Origin: Myxococcota bacterium
Lineage (GTDB): Bacteria > Myxococcota > XYA12-FULL-58-9 > JABJBS01
Direction: 5' to 3'
DNA: 64,000 bases
Assembly (NCBI GenBank): GCA_036339465.1
Contig: JAYZAY010000033.1
Coordinates: 32,001 to 96,000, forward strand
The notes under the pieces were generated by a model. That model was not told where the DNA came from, made no database searches, and saw nothing but the letters and a program-made list of their open reading frames with translations. Below, in pieces: positions 1 through 10,342 of this stretch (the first letter of the stretch is position 1; each line of letters begins with the position of its first letter). The position numbers and the translations under genes are program-made.

Positions 1-183
1 ATCGTAGACGGATTTGGTATTCATGGTGGTTTGAACCACCCAATGTTTAAAGTTAGCTCTCGTGATCAGCTTTTTGACCACAACCGATCGCCCGACAGAA
101 CTCTGCTCTTTTTGCAATAGCCCATCCGAATCCTCATCCAAAAGGGGGATGCTCGTAAGCACCTCCTTTAATCGTTGCTCCAT
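1..183 (-). CDS. Partial hypothetical protein running off the window start
   Basis: Manual translation from ATG at 183 (MEQRLKEVLTSIPLLDEDSDGLLQKEQSSVGRSVVVKKL...) stays open to position 1. The true start is uncertain. Confidence 0.5.
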   Translation of the reverse strand, partial: MEQRLKEVLTSIPLLDEDSDGLLQKEQSSVGRSVVVKKLITRANFKHWVVQTTMNTKSVYD

Positions 184-290
184 AGGCTCCGGAAGGACAA
201 TTCTTATGTCACCTCCTAATTCGGGTAGGCGGCGCCCGTGTAAAGGCGTAGGCACAAATAAAAGCCCTAAAACGAGACAATGCCACCTCA

Positions 291-1643
291 TTATCGCGTC
301 TCCAAAAGCCACAGGGAAGACTCAAAGCCAGGCTGCTCTTCAACCAAGAAAATGGCATCGGGAATGTCGGAAGGATTCACATAAGCCATAGAAGCAATGC
401 TTCCCATGGTCATAGAACGCCGAAAGACCACCCGCCATTGCTGAGTTTCGCGGTCAACTCGCCTTACCTGAACTTGGTCCAATTCTCCCAGAAGCGCTGT
501 GGTCGTAGTAACAATCTCAAAATCACCATCGCCGTCGAAGTCCGTCAGCCTAATCCGATCGCCCACAGCTTTTTCCAAAACCGTCACCAGCTTTCCGTCC
601 ACTCCTTGCAACTGTAAAATTCCCTCGGAACTCACCCAGGCCCACCCCCTGTCATCGCGAGTCCCCGTGAAATCCCGAAATTGTTTAGGTAAACCCTTCA
701 CCGATAGATTGACGCCCTCTTTGTTGAAAATAGGCCCTTGGAGATTGGGCGTCCCCTTAATAAATCTCGCACCAACATTTTCCAATTCCCCCGTCATCAT
801 AGAGATGGTATCTAAAGTTACCACTGGTTCTCGCTCACGCTTAAAATCCTTCGTCGTCAAATGATAACGCCAACCATCACCTCGGTTGGTGGTGATCCTC
901 AGAATATTTTCATCGACCAATCCCAAACGACCCGCCTGTATTCGGGGCCAAGGTTCTTTGGTCGGTAGAGCAATCGGTCCGCCTTCCAAAACCAAGTCTG
1001 GTTCCAAAATATCGTAGCGGTAGAAGCGAAGACCGTCTGTATGCAGAGTGATCAGTTCAACATCCGTCGCAGCCATTCCCGGAGCAATGGTAAACAAATC
1101 AAGCACACCATCGGGCAACTCACCGGCACGCTCGAATCGCCAACCCCGTCGTAGACCATTGCCATCGGGGATACCCAAATAGGTTTGAAGTTCCCTATCC
1201 ATTTTAGACGTTACCACAATGGGGATTGCCCCACCCGGCGAAACTTCGTTGAGCTCCCCCAAAAGCCACAGAGAACCTCGCTGTAAAGAGAGGGTTAAAC
1301 GGATACTTGCGGTGGCCTGACGAACAGGTTTGATGAGCCCGCCTCGATTCAACCGCTCGTTTAGTCGGGCCCGAAAGTACTTGTCTACTGCCCGAGGCTT
1401 AAGCCCCTTTCCAACTTTCGCGATGAGCCGGACAGGCCCTGTAAAGCCAGCCTCTGAAGCACGCTCTTCAAGACCCCAAGCAACTTTTTCCACAAAACGA
1501 ACGAGAGAACTGCCCTTCACAGAGCTCCCTTTTCCATAACAGGGCACCACGAACAAGACTGCAACGATCACGAAAATAGCGGTTCGGATTACCCGGCTCA
1601 GAGTATCTACAAAGAAAATTCTCACCATCCAAAAATAGTCCAA
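291..1643 (-). CDS. Exported hypothetical protein with a C-terminal FG-GAP/VCBS-like motif
   Basis: 450-aa ORF with a hydrophobic N-terminal signal-like segment and DFDGDGDFEIV near the C-terminus. The start may be ATG 1628. Confidence 0.7.
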   Translation of the reverse strand: MDYFWMVRIFFVDTLSRVIRTAIFVIVAVLFVVPCYGKGSSVKGSSLVRFVEKVAWGLEERASEAGFTGPVRLIAKVGKGLKPRAVDKYFRARLNERLNRGGLIKPVRQATASIRLTLSLQRGSLWLLGELNEVSPGGAIPIVVTSKMDRELQTYLGIPDGNGLRRGWRFERAGELPDGVLDLFTIAPGMAATDVELITLHTDGLRFYRYDILEPDLVLEGGPIALPTKEPWPRIQAGRLGLVDENILRITTNRGDGWRYHLTTKDFKREREPVVTLDTISMMTGELENVGARFIKGTPNLQGPIFNKEGVNLSVKGLPKQFRDFTGTRDDRGWAWVSSEGILQLQGVDGKLVTVLEKAVGDRIRLTDFDGDGDFEIVTTTTALLGELDQVQVRRVDRETQQWRVVFRRSMTMGSIASMAYVNPSDIPDAIFLVEEQPGFESSLWLLETR

Positions 1644-1972
1644 GCAACAACAAGATTGAAGATTTTTCTTCAGCCAAACAGTCCTTTTGATGTTTGTTCT
1701 TCCCTCGACTTACTGGAAAATGTTTGAAAGTATGTTCTCAAACGAGGCGTATGCACTAGGGACAGTAGCACTGGGCAATTTATCCCACACCCCTTGGGCA
1801 CCGATCTGAACCTGCCCGAATTCTACAATGCACGCCCTGAAATTCAAACGTTCATGGGTCAACACAGACGTGGCCCGACGATTGCCTAAAAAGAAGGCAT
1901 CGTTCTTGGGGCTCTCCCCAAAAGAAAGCCAATGAGTCTCTGGCAGCGGGCCAAACCTTTTGGTCTAAAAAT

Positions 1973-2002
1973 GACGATGACGATGACGGTGACGATGACG
2001 AT
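1973..2002. repeat. Hexamer tandem repeat (GACGAT)n with one GACGGT variant
   Basis: gacgat gacgat gacggt gacgat gacgat read directly from the intergenic sequence. Confidence 0.85.
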
Positions 2003-2129
2003 GGCAATAAAAATGAGTTGGAATTGTTCCACGAGGGTGTTTCAAAAAGAGTGCCTCGTTGGATGGAAACTTGGAAGACTAGGAGGGGAGAAGCTTGCAT
2101 TCATCGAGGTGAATACAAAAGCAAGGGGG

Positions 2130-3260
2130 CTAGGGCCCGGCTGAAGGCCCGGTTGGAGCCCCAGCATCATATGCCTTTGAAATTAAAGCTGTGTCAGTCA
2201 AGCCATCCACTCGAGGCTCAGTGGTTTTAGTCTCCTCATCTCTAACCGTGTCCACAAAAGCGACCATGTACTGGGCGCGTTCATCATCGGTAAGCACCGC
2301 CAAAAGGCGATCTCGGTTCAGATTTGCTTTGACATATCCAATCTTCATAGCCGAAGCTGTCTCATAAGCAGCCAAAGCAGCCAACTGTTGACCGGAACGC
2401 TCATAAGCAAGTCCCAGATTGTTCAACATATAAGGTTTTGCTTGGGTTTGATTGGTTGCTACCTCGAAAGCATACACAGCCATATCATCCTCACCAACCT
2501 GAAGTGCTGCAAAGCCTAAATTATTATGGGCATGGATATCATCTGGACGAATTTCGATGGCTTTCTCAAAAGCATCGATCGCTTCTTTCCACATCTCAAG
2601 CTGGGAATAAGCACGCCCAATCAGGTAGTATCCACCATAAGCCCAAGGCTTCAGTGAACTCAAAGATGCAGCGTGACTGAGTGCAGCATCACCGTTGTTC
2701 TCATCCAGAAACAGGCGAGCCATCACCGCATGACTCTCAGCATGATTCGGATCTTTCTGAAGAGCCTGCTCGATACATTCAGCTCCGCGCGCCTTCTGTC
2801 CATTTCTAAGATAGGACTGACCCAATTTGGCCCAAACATCTGCATTTTGAGGCTGGCGATCAAGTGCTCGTCTGAAGGCGTTTACTGCTTCATCATATTT
2901 TCCGCGAATAAAAAAGTCCGTTCCCGCTTCGAGATAGTTGGTGCCATCATCTTCGTTGATGGCCAATATCTCTCTGTCTGCAAAACTTGGAGATTTTACC
3001 TCTATCACCGAACCATCTACCTCATAGATTACCGGCATAGAAATACCTGTCGAACTAAAAGGATCAAATAGCTCATCCACTTCCGCGTCGGTATCGGTAC
3101 CTTTTTCCTGGGCTGACTTAGGAATTTGAGATAACACCAATTCCTTGTCATTTTTCTCTGTCTTTTGGGTTATGGTTGCTGCGTCGTTGCTACAAGCAAT
3201 ACTTGCAACGAGAGCACTGCACACCATAGCTCCTACTACCGGTCTCTTTAACTTCCACAT
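2130..3260 (-). CDS. TPR-repeat lipoprotein
   Basis: GGAGG precedes ATG 3260. Lipobox-like ASIAC and multiple TPR units (e.g. AVNAFRRALDRQPQNADVWAKLG, AIDAFEKAIEIRPDDIHAHNNLG). Confidence 0.85.
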   Translation of the reverse strand: MWKLKRPVVGAMVCSALVASIACSNDAATITQKTEKNDKELVLSQIPKSAQEKGTDTDAEVDELFDPFSSTGISMPVIYEVDGSVIEVKSPSFADREILAINEDDGTNYLEAGTDFFIRGKYDEAVNAFRRALDRQPQNADVWAKLGQSYLRNGQKARGAECIEQALQKDPNHAESHAVMARLFLDENNGDAALSHAASLSSLKPWAYGGYYLIGRAYSQLEMWKEAIDAFEKAIEIRPDDIHAHNNLGFAALQVGEDDMAVYAFEVATNQTQAKPYMLNNLGLAYERSGQQLAALAAYETASAMKIGYVKANLNRDRLLAVLTDDERAQYMVAFVDTVRDEETKTTEPRVDGLTDTALISKAYDAGAPTGPSAGP

Positions 3261-3302
3261 CGTATCCTCCATAGGGGGTTAATAGGTTCTGTGAAAGTTA
3301 AT

Positions 3303-3319
3303 TACAGGAAACGTGCCAA
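3303..3319 (-). promoter_or_regulatory. Putative sigma54 -24/-12 promoter for the TPR lipoprotein gene
   Basis: Minus strand reads TTGGCACGtttcCTGTA, with a perfect -24 element and a -12 of CTGT instead of TTGC at the correct spacing. Confidence 0.55.
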
Positions 3320-3366
3320 GCTATACTTCGAACAAAATCCATCACTTAAAAAAAGAATCCGTCAAA

Positions 3367-3418
3367 TGTGTCTCAGAAGACACAATGGGAAGAAGCGGGC
3401 TGTGTCTAGGAAGACACA
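3367..3418. promoter_or_regulatory. Tandem palindromic enhancer (UAS) sites TGTGTCT-N4-AGACACA x2
   Basis: Identical 7-bp-arm inverted repeats at 3367-3384 and 3401-3418, 50-100 bp upstream of the sigma54-like promoter. Confidence 0.7.
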
Positions 3419-3422
3419 ATCC

Positions 3423-4784
3423 TTAGGGATACCGTTCTATCTGTAGAAAACGCATTTTCTTATACAAATGGCTGCGTTCTAGCCCCAAATCCTGCGCTGC
3501 CTTGGCAACCTTACCGTCGAATTTCTTAAGGCGTTTTTCGATGACCTCTCTCTCAAAGGTCTCCAACAAAGCGTAGAGTGCCCCCTCCTCAGGAGCATCC
3601 ATCTCTACATGGACAGACGCCCCCCCTGGCAACGCTTGCTTGACTGCTTCTACGTCAATAAGCGGACCCGGATTCATGATCGCAAGACGCGTGACAGTAT
3701 GAGAAAGTTCCCGAATATTACCTGGCCAATCGTACTTCTCTAAAGCAATAAAAGAATCATCGGAAAAATGTTTTTCCCCTAACTCGTTTTCACGACAGGC
3801 AGCTCCTAATAGAAAAGACGCCAATTCAGAAACATCTTCCTTGCGTGCCCTCAAGGACGGCACCACCAAAGGTATCACATTGAGTCGATAGTATAGATCT
3901 TCACGAAAACGCCCTTGGGCCACTTCTTCTTGGAGGTTGCGGTTGGTAGCAGCAATTACGCGAACATTGACCGGGATCGGCGCTTTTCCTCCAACCCGTT
4001 CTAGCTCCCCCTCCTGCAAAACTCGAAGTAAACGGGGTTGGACACTCAAAGGCATCTCCCCGATTTCGTCTAGAAAAAGAGTTCCGCTATCGGCGCGTTC
4101 GAACTTACCGATATATCGACGCTCGGCACCTGTAAATGCGCCTTTCTCGTGCCCAAAGAGTTCAGATTCCACAAGATTCTCCGGAATAGCTGCACAATTA
4201 ACCTTGATAAAATCTGCACCACTTCGAGGTGACATTTCATGGATAGCTTGAGCCACGAGTTCCTTACCGACCCCGCTTTGTCCCGAAATGAGTACGCGCG
4301 CCTTGGTCGGCGCCGCTTGATGAATTTCTTGGATCAGTTTTTTCAAGGCCGGTGATGAGCCCACCATCCCATGACGGCGCTCTACCGAACGTTGCATCGC
4401 GTGGCAAGTTTGGTCCAATTCCACCAGACGTAGGGCATTCCTTAAGGTCAGAGCCACCCGATCCACCGCCACGGGCTTTTCAATGAAATCCACCGCACCA
4501 AGTTTCACAGCCTCCATCGCCACTTCAAGGGTACCATGACCACTCATCATCACAATAACCGGTTGATGCTCTAAGCCCTTGACCTTAATCAACACCTCAA
4601 GACCAGTACCATCACCTAATTTGAGGTCCAATAAAACCAATTCAGGACAATGCACCGATATTTTCTCTACTCCTTCCGCACAGGAAAAGGCATGCAACAC
4701 TTCAAACCCTTCAAGCTCTAGCCCCCGTCCCAGGGTTGTATGTATATTTTTTTCGTCGTCGATAATTAGAAGCTTTTTCGCCAT
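3423..4784 (-). CDS. Sigma54-dependent response regulator (REC-AAA+-HTH, NtrC/NtrX family)
   Basis: REC domain (LIIDDE...LLDLKL), Walker A GQSGVGKE, GAFTGA motif, LFLDEIGE, and a Fis-type HTH (AAQDLGLERSHLYKK). Confidence 0.95.
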   Translation of the reverse strand: MAKKLLIIDDEKNIHTTLGRGLELEGFEVLHAFSCAEGVEKISVHCPELVLLDLKLGDGTGLEVLIKVKGLEHQPVIVMMSGHGTLEVAMEAVKLGAVDFIEKPVAVDRVALTLRNALRLVELDQTCHAMQRSVERRHGMVGSSPALKKLIQEIHQAAPTKARVLISGQSGVGKELVAQAIHEMSPRSGADFIKVNCAAIPENLVESELFGHEKGAFTGAERRYIGKFERADSGTLFLDEIGEMPLSVQPRLLRVLQEGELERVGGKAPIPVNVRVIAATNRNLQEEVAQGRFREDLYYRLNVIPLVVPSLRARKEDVSELASFLLGAACRENELGEKHFSDDSFIALEKYDWPGNIRELSHTVTRLAIMNPGPLIDVEAVKQALPGGASVHVEMDAPEEGALYALLETFEREVIEKRLKKFDGKVAKAAQDLGLERSHLYKKMRFLQIERYP

Positions 4785-5196
4785 GATATCACTTTGCTTG
4801 CTATACCAGTTCGAATCAACCCCAAAAGAATTCCCCTATGGAGTCCCGAAGCTGGTTGGTTTAAATGAACACCCGGTAAGTAATTGCGCCGCAAATTAAT
4901 ATTGTGACCAAATCCATAGTAATAAAGCCTCACAGTCATGAGAAGGTAGGACACATCATGAGGCTTTAAGCTCTCTTAGACGGTTTTGATCCAATTTTGA
5001 TTCAACAAATTCACACGCTCAAAAACATAGAACACAAAAAAGTCTGTTCATTCATCGGCGAGTTGACTGCAATAATATCAAAAAGAAAAGCCCGTATCAT
5101 AACGAGATATTGTTGACAGACAAGTCTCCCATTCCTTCACGACCTTTTACAATATTGTCCATTGCACATTGCAACTGAACATCGTAAAAATAAGTT

Positions 5197-6276
5197 ATGA
5201 TAGGAATAGGCCGATACTGGATACTTCTGTTTACGGGGATTATAGGTGTTTGTTTTTACTTCCCTGCCCAAGCTCATCGCATGGGTCGGAGCTTTTCAAA
5301 TATACAAGTCAACGATGCTGGCGTCGAGGGCGTAACCTACTTCGATGCCAATGACGCCCTTCCAAGCCAACCATGGTACGAACAAACAACGACCGACATC
5401 TTAGACAGCGCTGCGATCGAGGCTGCTCGGTTTCAGGTTGCTCAGTGGCTGACTGAAAATCTGATTCTGCGACGGGGGTGGAAGCAGTGCCCCCCACAAG
5501 TCAACGATATTACCATCACCGACAAGCCCAAGGTCGTGCGTGTTGATATATATTACGACTGTCCCAGTGAAGGTCCGATTACCATCGTCGGAAAACTCCT
5601 CGAAAAAACACGTGAGGGCCATCTCCATACCATCACCCTCCGACGAGGAGACCAGGAAAAACAGGTCCACGTCCTAACCCAAAGCAGCATTCGCTTCGAA
5701 GAAACGCGACCCATTTCCTTATTGGAAACCTTCGCCGCCTTCACTCCCATCGGAATAGAACACATCGCCATTGGCTTTGACCATATCCTTTTTCTCGCCG
5801 CCCTGCTCTTGGCCTTAGCAACCTGGTACGACTTGCTCTGGGTCGTCACCGCCTTCACCCTCGCACACTCCGTAACCCTTTCTATGGCCGCGCTGGATAT
5901 CATCCGGTTTTCATCCGAATGGGTAGAACCTCTCATCGCCCTTTCGGTAATCGTGGCCGCCCTCGAAAATCTCCGCTGCTCCAATCCGAGGTCCAGAAAA
6001 GTTATTGCTCTAGCCCTCGGACTCCTCCACGGCTTTGGTTTTGCCGGCGTTCTAGGAGAAATTGGGCTCCCTCAGGATGGGAAACTCAGTGCCCTCATTG
6101 GCTTCAATCTTGGGGTGGAAATGGGTCAACTCCTGATCGCCCTGGCTATTTTCCCCATTCTCCTTCGACTTCGTCACCAAAAAACCTTTTCCTACGAAAC
6201 CACCGTGCTAAAGGGTGGTAGTCTGGTTATCGCAGCCGTTGGCTGCGTCTGGTTGGTGGAGCGCTTAGTAAGCTAG
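5197..6276 (+). CDS. HupE/UreJ family membrane protein with an N-terminal periplasmic domain
   Basis: Signal ...AQAH, then GIEHIAIGFDHILFL, TAFTLAHSVTL, GLLHGFGFAG and FNLGVEMGQ motifs. Confidence 0.9.
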   Translation: MIGIGRYWILLFTGIIGVCFYFPAQAHRMGRSFSNIQVNDAGVEGVTYFDANDALPSQPWYEQTTTDILDSAAIEAARFQVAQWLTENLILRRGWKQCPPQVNDITITDKPKVVRVDIYYDCPSEGPITIVGKLLEKTREGHLHTITLRRGDQEKQVHVLTQSSIRFEETRPISLLETFAAFTPIGIEHIAIGFDHILFLAALLLALATWYDLLWVVTAFTLAHSVTLSMAALDIIRFSSEWVEPLIALSVIVAALENLRCSNPRSRKVIALALGLLHGFGFAGVLGEIGLPQDGKLSALIGFNLGVEMGQLLIALAIFPILLRLRHQKTFSYETTVLKGGSLVIAAVGCVWLVERLVS

Positions 6277-6328
6277 CTGTGGCTCCCAAAAATGCTAAAC
6301 GTAGATCAAAAGAGCAAGAGCAAAAGCA

Positions 6329-9300
6329 ATGCAGAAACGACGGGGAACGGTGAAAACAAATCCAAAAATTGGGGATGAGCGATTCGATCCCATCCGAGAA
6401 ATCCGAGTCCGAGGCGCCAAAGAGCATAACCTCAAGAATGTGGATGTCGATATTCCCCGGGATCGATTGGTGGTCATCACCGGACTCTCCGGCTCAGGAA
6501 AATCCTCGCTCGCCTTCGACACCATTTTTGCCGAGGGCCAGCGCAAGTATATGGAATCCCTTTCTGCTTATGCTCGGCAATTCTTAGACCAGCAGAAAAA
6601 GCCTGATATCGAGAGCATTGAGGGCCTCCCACCCACCATTGCCATTGAGCAACGAAACACCGGTCATACACCACGTTCCACAGTCGCCACCACCACAGAA
6701 ATCAACGATTACCTTCGTCTACTCTTTGCGAGGATTGGAAAACCCCGTTGCTGGTTCCCAATAAAACAGACCAAGCAAAAACGGGCGAAAGAACGTTGTA
6801 ATCAAATCATATCCGGTGCGGAGCCCAGTCAGATTACTGACACCGTCGTCGACTGGGAGATGGGTACAAAACTCCTCGTCCTTGCTCCAATTATCCGCGA
6901 CCGCAAAGGCCACCACAAAGAGGTGGCAGAAAACCTTCTCAAAGAAGGATTCATTCGCGCAAGGGTCAATGGAGAAATCATTCAACTCGACCAAGCACTC
7001 GTTGGAAGCGGTGAAAACCCACTTAACCTCGGGCGCTATGAAAAACATTCCATTGAAGCGGTCGTCGACCGCCTTGTCGCTAAACCAGGAATCGAACAAC
7101 GTCTCTCCGATTCCATCCAGATCGCACTGAAATTGGGCAATGGGGTCGTCATCATCACCCGACAAGATTTGAACGAGGCCTGGACCAACGACACCCTCTT
7201 TTCAGAGCACTTCTCCTGCGCACTCCACCCAGACATCGCCCTCGAAGAGCTGGAACCCCGATTGTTCTCATTTAACGCTCATCAGGGCGCCTGCCCCAGG
7301 TGCCAAGGGTTGGGCACCCTGCTAGAATTCGACGAAGAGCTTGTGCTCGAGGATCAAGAAAAGCCGGTTGGAAAAGGTGGTATCGCCCCTTGGAAGCGTA
7401 ATGGCCCGGGGGGATTATTTAGCCGCCCCTTCGTACGGCGCTTTTGCAGCATTTATGGTATTGACCGCATGGAACCCGTGTCCAATTTCGACGCCGAACT
7501 CAAGGAAGCTCTTCTTTACGGAGAAGATGATACCGGCTGGGAAGGCGTGCTTCCCCTTTTACAAAAGTGGTTTGAAAATACCGATTCCGATTGGGCCAAG
7601 GAGTTCCTCCACCAGTTTATGAGTGAGCATCACTGTGAACTTTGCGACGGCGACCGACTGAATATTCAAGCTCAATCGGTCTTTGTCGAGGTAGCCAAGG
7701 AACTTCCAGCAGAGATTCTCAAGGCCCGTCTGAACCACGGCCTAAGTCAGGACTCTTGCTTACTCAATATCTCAGATTTTAGTCGTCTCAATATAAAAAT
7801 CGCCCTTGAAGTCATCCAATCCATGAAACTCACTCAAGAATCGGAAAAAATTGCCCGCCCCATCGTCCGAGAAGTCAAAGCCCGCCTAGAATTCCTTGCC
7901 TCCGTAGGACTTGAATACCTCACCTTAGACCGCCGGACCAATTCTCTATCAGGCGGCGAGGCCCAACGCATACGCCTTGCAACCCAGGTTGGATCGGGAA
8001 TCGTCGGCGCGGCGTATATCCTCGATGAGCCCACCATTGGACTGCACTCCAGAGACAACGACCGTCTCATTAAGACCCTTCGTCACTTAGCAGACATCGG
8101 AAACTCCGTTCTCATCGTAGAACACGACGAGGAAGTTATTCTCGCTGCCGACCACGTCATCGACATAGGCCCTGGCCCCGGTGTACATGGGGGAGAGATT
8201 GTAGCCCAAGGCAATATTGCCGATATCTGCGAAGCTCCCAACTCCGAAACAGGTAAGTATCTATCTGGGAAGAAATCCATTCATGCACCAAAGCCAAGCG
8301 AACGTCGAAAATTAACGACCCGTAAAGCACTAACGGTGCACGGAGCGAAAGAAAACAATCTAAAATCCATCAAAGCCCAATTTCCACTTGGTGGATTGAT
8401 TTGCGTTACCGGTGTTTCTGGTTCTGGAAAATCCACTTTGGTCAATGATATTCTTCTGAAGTCCGTGCGTAAAAATCTGCATCAGAGCAAAGTGAAACCT
8501 GGCTTCCACCAGAAGGTGACTGGCCTTCAGTATATCAGTCGTATCATAGAAGTAGACCAGTCTCCCATTGGTCGAACACCCCGCTCAAACCCCGCCACCT
8601 ATACCAACATGTTCGACCCAATTCGAAAACTCTTTACCATGACATCGGAATCTAGGCAGCGAGGCTATCAACCGGGTCGGTTTTCCTTCAATGTTAAAGG
8701 AGGCCGATGCGAAGCCTGTCAGGGCCAAGGCGTTAAGAAAATAGAGATGCATTTTCTTCCTGATGTCTTTGTCGAGTGCGAGATCTGCAGGGGCGCTCGC
8801 TACAATCGGGAAACCCTTGAGATAAAATATAGAGATTCCACCATCGCAGATGTGCTCAACATGACGGTGGAAGATGCCTGTAACTTCTTTGACGCACATC
8901 CCAAAGTAAAACAAATGGCCAACTGCCTTCATGCGGTAGGCCTTGACTACATCACCTTGGGCCAACCTTCAACCACGCTCAGCGGTGGGGAAGCCCAACG
9001 CGTGAAGCTCGCATCTGAATTGGGAAAGGGAGATCCGCTTAGACGAAAGGAATCCGACCACACACTCTATATCCTCGATGAGCCCACCACTGGACTCCAT
9101 TTCGCAGATGTGCACAAACTCATTGATGTCATGAATCGTCTCGTGGACCAAGGAAATACCATGGTGGTCATCGAACATAACCTCGACGTCATTAAGAATG
9201 CGGATTGGGTTATCGATCTGGGACCCGAGGGCGGTGACAAGGGCGGTGAGATTGTAGCCTGCGGAACCCCCGAAGAAGTGGCCGAAACCAAAGGTAGTTT

Positions 9301-9331
9301 TACCGCCACTTACCTCAGAGAACTTCTTTAA
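6329..9331 (+). CDS. uvrA: Excinuclease ABC subunit A
   Basis: [10 protein letters not shown], two ABC domains ([26 protein letters not shown] x2) and Zn fingers (CEACQGQG...CEICRG). Confidence 0.98.
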   Translation: MQKRRGTVKTNPKIGDERFDPIREIRVRGAKEHNLKNVDVDIPRDRLVVITGLSGSGKSSLAFDTIFAEGQRKYMESLSAYARQFLDQQKKPDIESIEGLPPTIAIEQRNTGHTPRSTVATTTEINDYLRLLFARIGKPRCWFPIKQTKQKRAKERCNQIISGAEPSQITDTVVDWEMGTKLLVLAPIIRDRKGHHKEVAENLLKEGFIRARVNGEIIQLDQALVGSGENPLNLGRYEKHSIEAVVDRLVAKPGIEQRLSDSIQIALKLGNGVVIITRQDLNEAWTNDTLFSEHFSCALHPDIALEELEPRLFSFNAHQGACPRCQGLGTLLEFDEELVLEDQEKPVGKGGIAPWKRNGPGGLFSRPFVRRFCSIYGIDRMEPVSNFDAELKEALLYGEDDTGWEGVLPLLQKWFENTDSDWAKEFLHQFMSEHHCELCDGDRLNIQAQSVFVEVAKELPAEILKARLNHGLSQDSCLLNISDFSRLNIKIALEVIQSMKLTQESEKIARPIVREVKARLEFLASVGLEYLTLDRRTNSLSGGEAQRIRLATQVGSGIVGAAYILDEPTIGLHSRDNDRLIKTLRHLADIGNSVLIVEHDEEVILAADHVIDIGPGPGVHGGEIVAQGNIADICEAPNSETGKYLSGKKSIHAPKPSERRKLTTRKALTVHGAKENNLKSIKAQFPLGGLICVTGVSGSGKSTLVNDILLKSVRKNLHQSKVKPGFHQKVTGLQYISRIIEVDQSPIGRTPRSNPATYTNMFDPIRKLFTMTSESRQRGYQPGRFSFNVKGGRCEACQGQGVKKIEMHFLPDVFVECEICRGARYNRETLEIKYRDSTIADVLNMTVEDACNFFDAHPKVKQMANCLHAVGLDYITLGQPSTTLSGGEAQRVKLASELGKGDPLRRKESDHTLYILDEPTTGLHFADVHKLIDVMNRLVDQGNTMVVIEHNLDVIKNADWVIDLGPEGGDKGGEIVACGTPEEVAETKGSFTATYLRELL

Positions 9332-9499
9332 TCAAAGTACCATAGCTCCCGTCGCTAAAGCCCCCTTAGAACACGACTCCCAGCTAGAGAACAATGGGGA
9401 TTCACTCAATAAGAGCTTATGCTTAGGGACAAGAGTTCACCCTGAAAAGGATGCATGCAGGCATTTTCCTGAATGGGGGCCCCAGAAAGGACCAGAAAG

Positions 9500-10342
9500 T
9501 TATTGCCCCTGTAGAATAGCCCTGTAACCCTCACGGTATGATGGAAATCGAAATTCATAACCTGAATCACGCAGTCGTTGGTTGGAGCATCGTTTATTCC
9601 CCACCACACGACCGCCTGACGCCGCTCCCCGCTTCGGTATCTCACGGCCAAGTTGCGCCGACAGCCAAGTGAGCACCTCATTGTACGGAGCTGGATGGTC
9701 GTCGACTGCCACATAAGTATCTGCACAAGTGCCTAACCGAATCAGATGTAGTAGAGTTCCCACACAATCATCGATATGAATTCGATTGCTGAAAAAAGCA
9801 TCATCGAACTTAGCCCTGGCCTCTCCAGAACGAATTCTCCTAACCAAAAAAGTACGTTCCGGCCCGTAAATTCCGCCAAAGCGAATAGAGCAGCTCTTTA
9901 CCGGATAATTGGCAACAAGCGCTTCTGCCTCACGCATAATTGAACCGGTGTAACCCAAGGGTACAGAATCAGTATCCTCGTCCACCCAAGCTCCATGATG
10001 CTCTCCATACACACTGGTACTCGAAACAAAGAAAATTTGTTGTAATCGGCCCCCAAAGAGTTGAGCCGCCTCCAGCATGGTCTTTAAACCATCGATGTAC
10101 GTGGCTCGGTAGCTCTCAACGTCCCGAGAAGCCGCAGCCGCCGTATAAACCATCATGTCCGCCGGTGGAATGTTACTCAGTCCACCGGAGGGGTCATTTA
10201 AGTCAAGTCGACAACCATGAAAGGAACTCGGCAGTAATTCAATACGACGCCGGATCCCCGTAACATCGTAGCCCAATTCAATCAGGCGCAGCCCCAAACG
10301 TGTTCCGAGATCTCCACACCCCGCAATACAAACCCTCATCAA
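9500..10342 (-). CDS. NAD(P)-dependent atypical SDR/epimerase (YeeZ-like)
   Basis: IAGCGDLG Rossmann motif, SSTSVYG, GIYGP and NRIHIDD. Its start overlaps the stop of the upstream gene. Confidence 0.88.
   Translation of the reverse strand: MMRVCIAGCGDLGTRLGLRLIELGYDVTGIRRRIELLPSSFHGCRLDLNDPSGGLSNIPPADMMVYTAAAASRDVESYRATYIDGLKTMLEAAQLFGGRLQQIFFVSSTSVYGEHHGAWVDEDTDSVPLGYTGSIMREAEALVANYPVKSCSIRFGGIYGPERTFLVRRIRSGEARAKFDDAFFSNRIHIDDCVGTLLHLIRLGTCADTYVAVDDHPAPYNEVLTWLSAQLGREIPKRGAASGGRVVGNKRCSNQRLRDSGYEFRFPSYREGYRAILQGQ

Noticed and set aside
5162..5174. Palindrome TTGCA-CAT-TGCAA upstream of the HupE/UreJ gene as a metal-regulator site
   Set aside because: Too short to assign to any regulator without comparative data.
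6295..6312. Possible LexA box before uvrA (CTAAACGTAGATCA)
   Set aside because: Spacing and the right half-site do not fit the palindrome seen at 14121.
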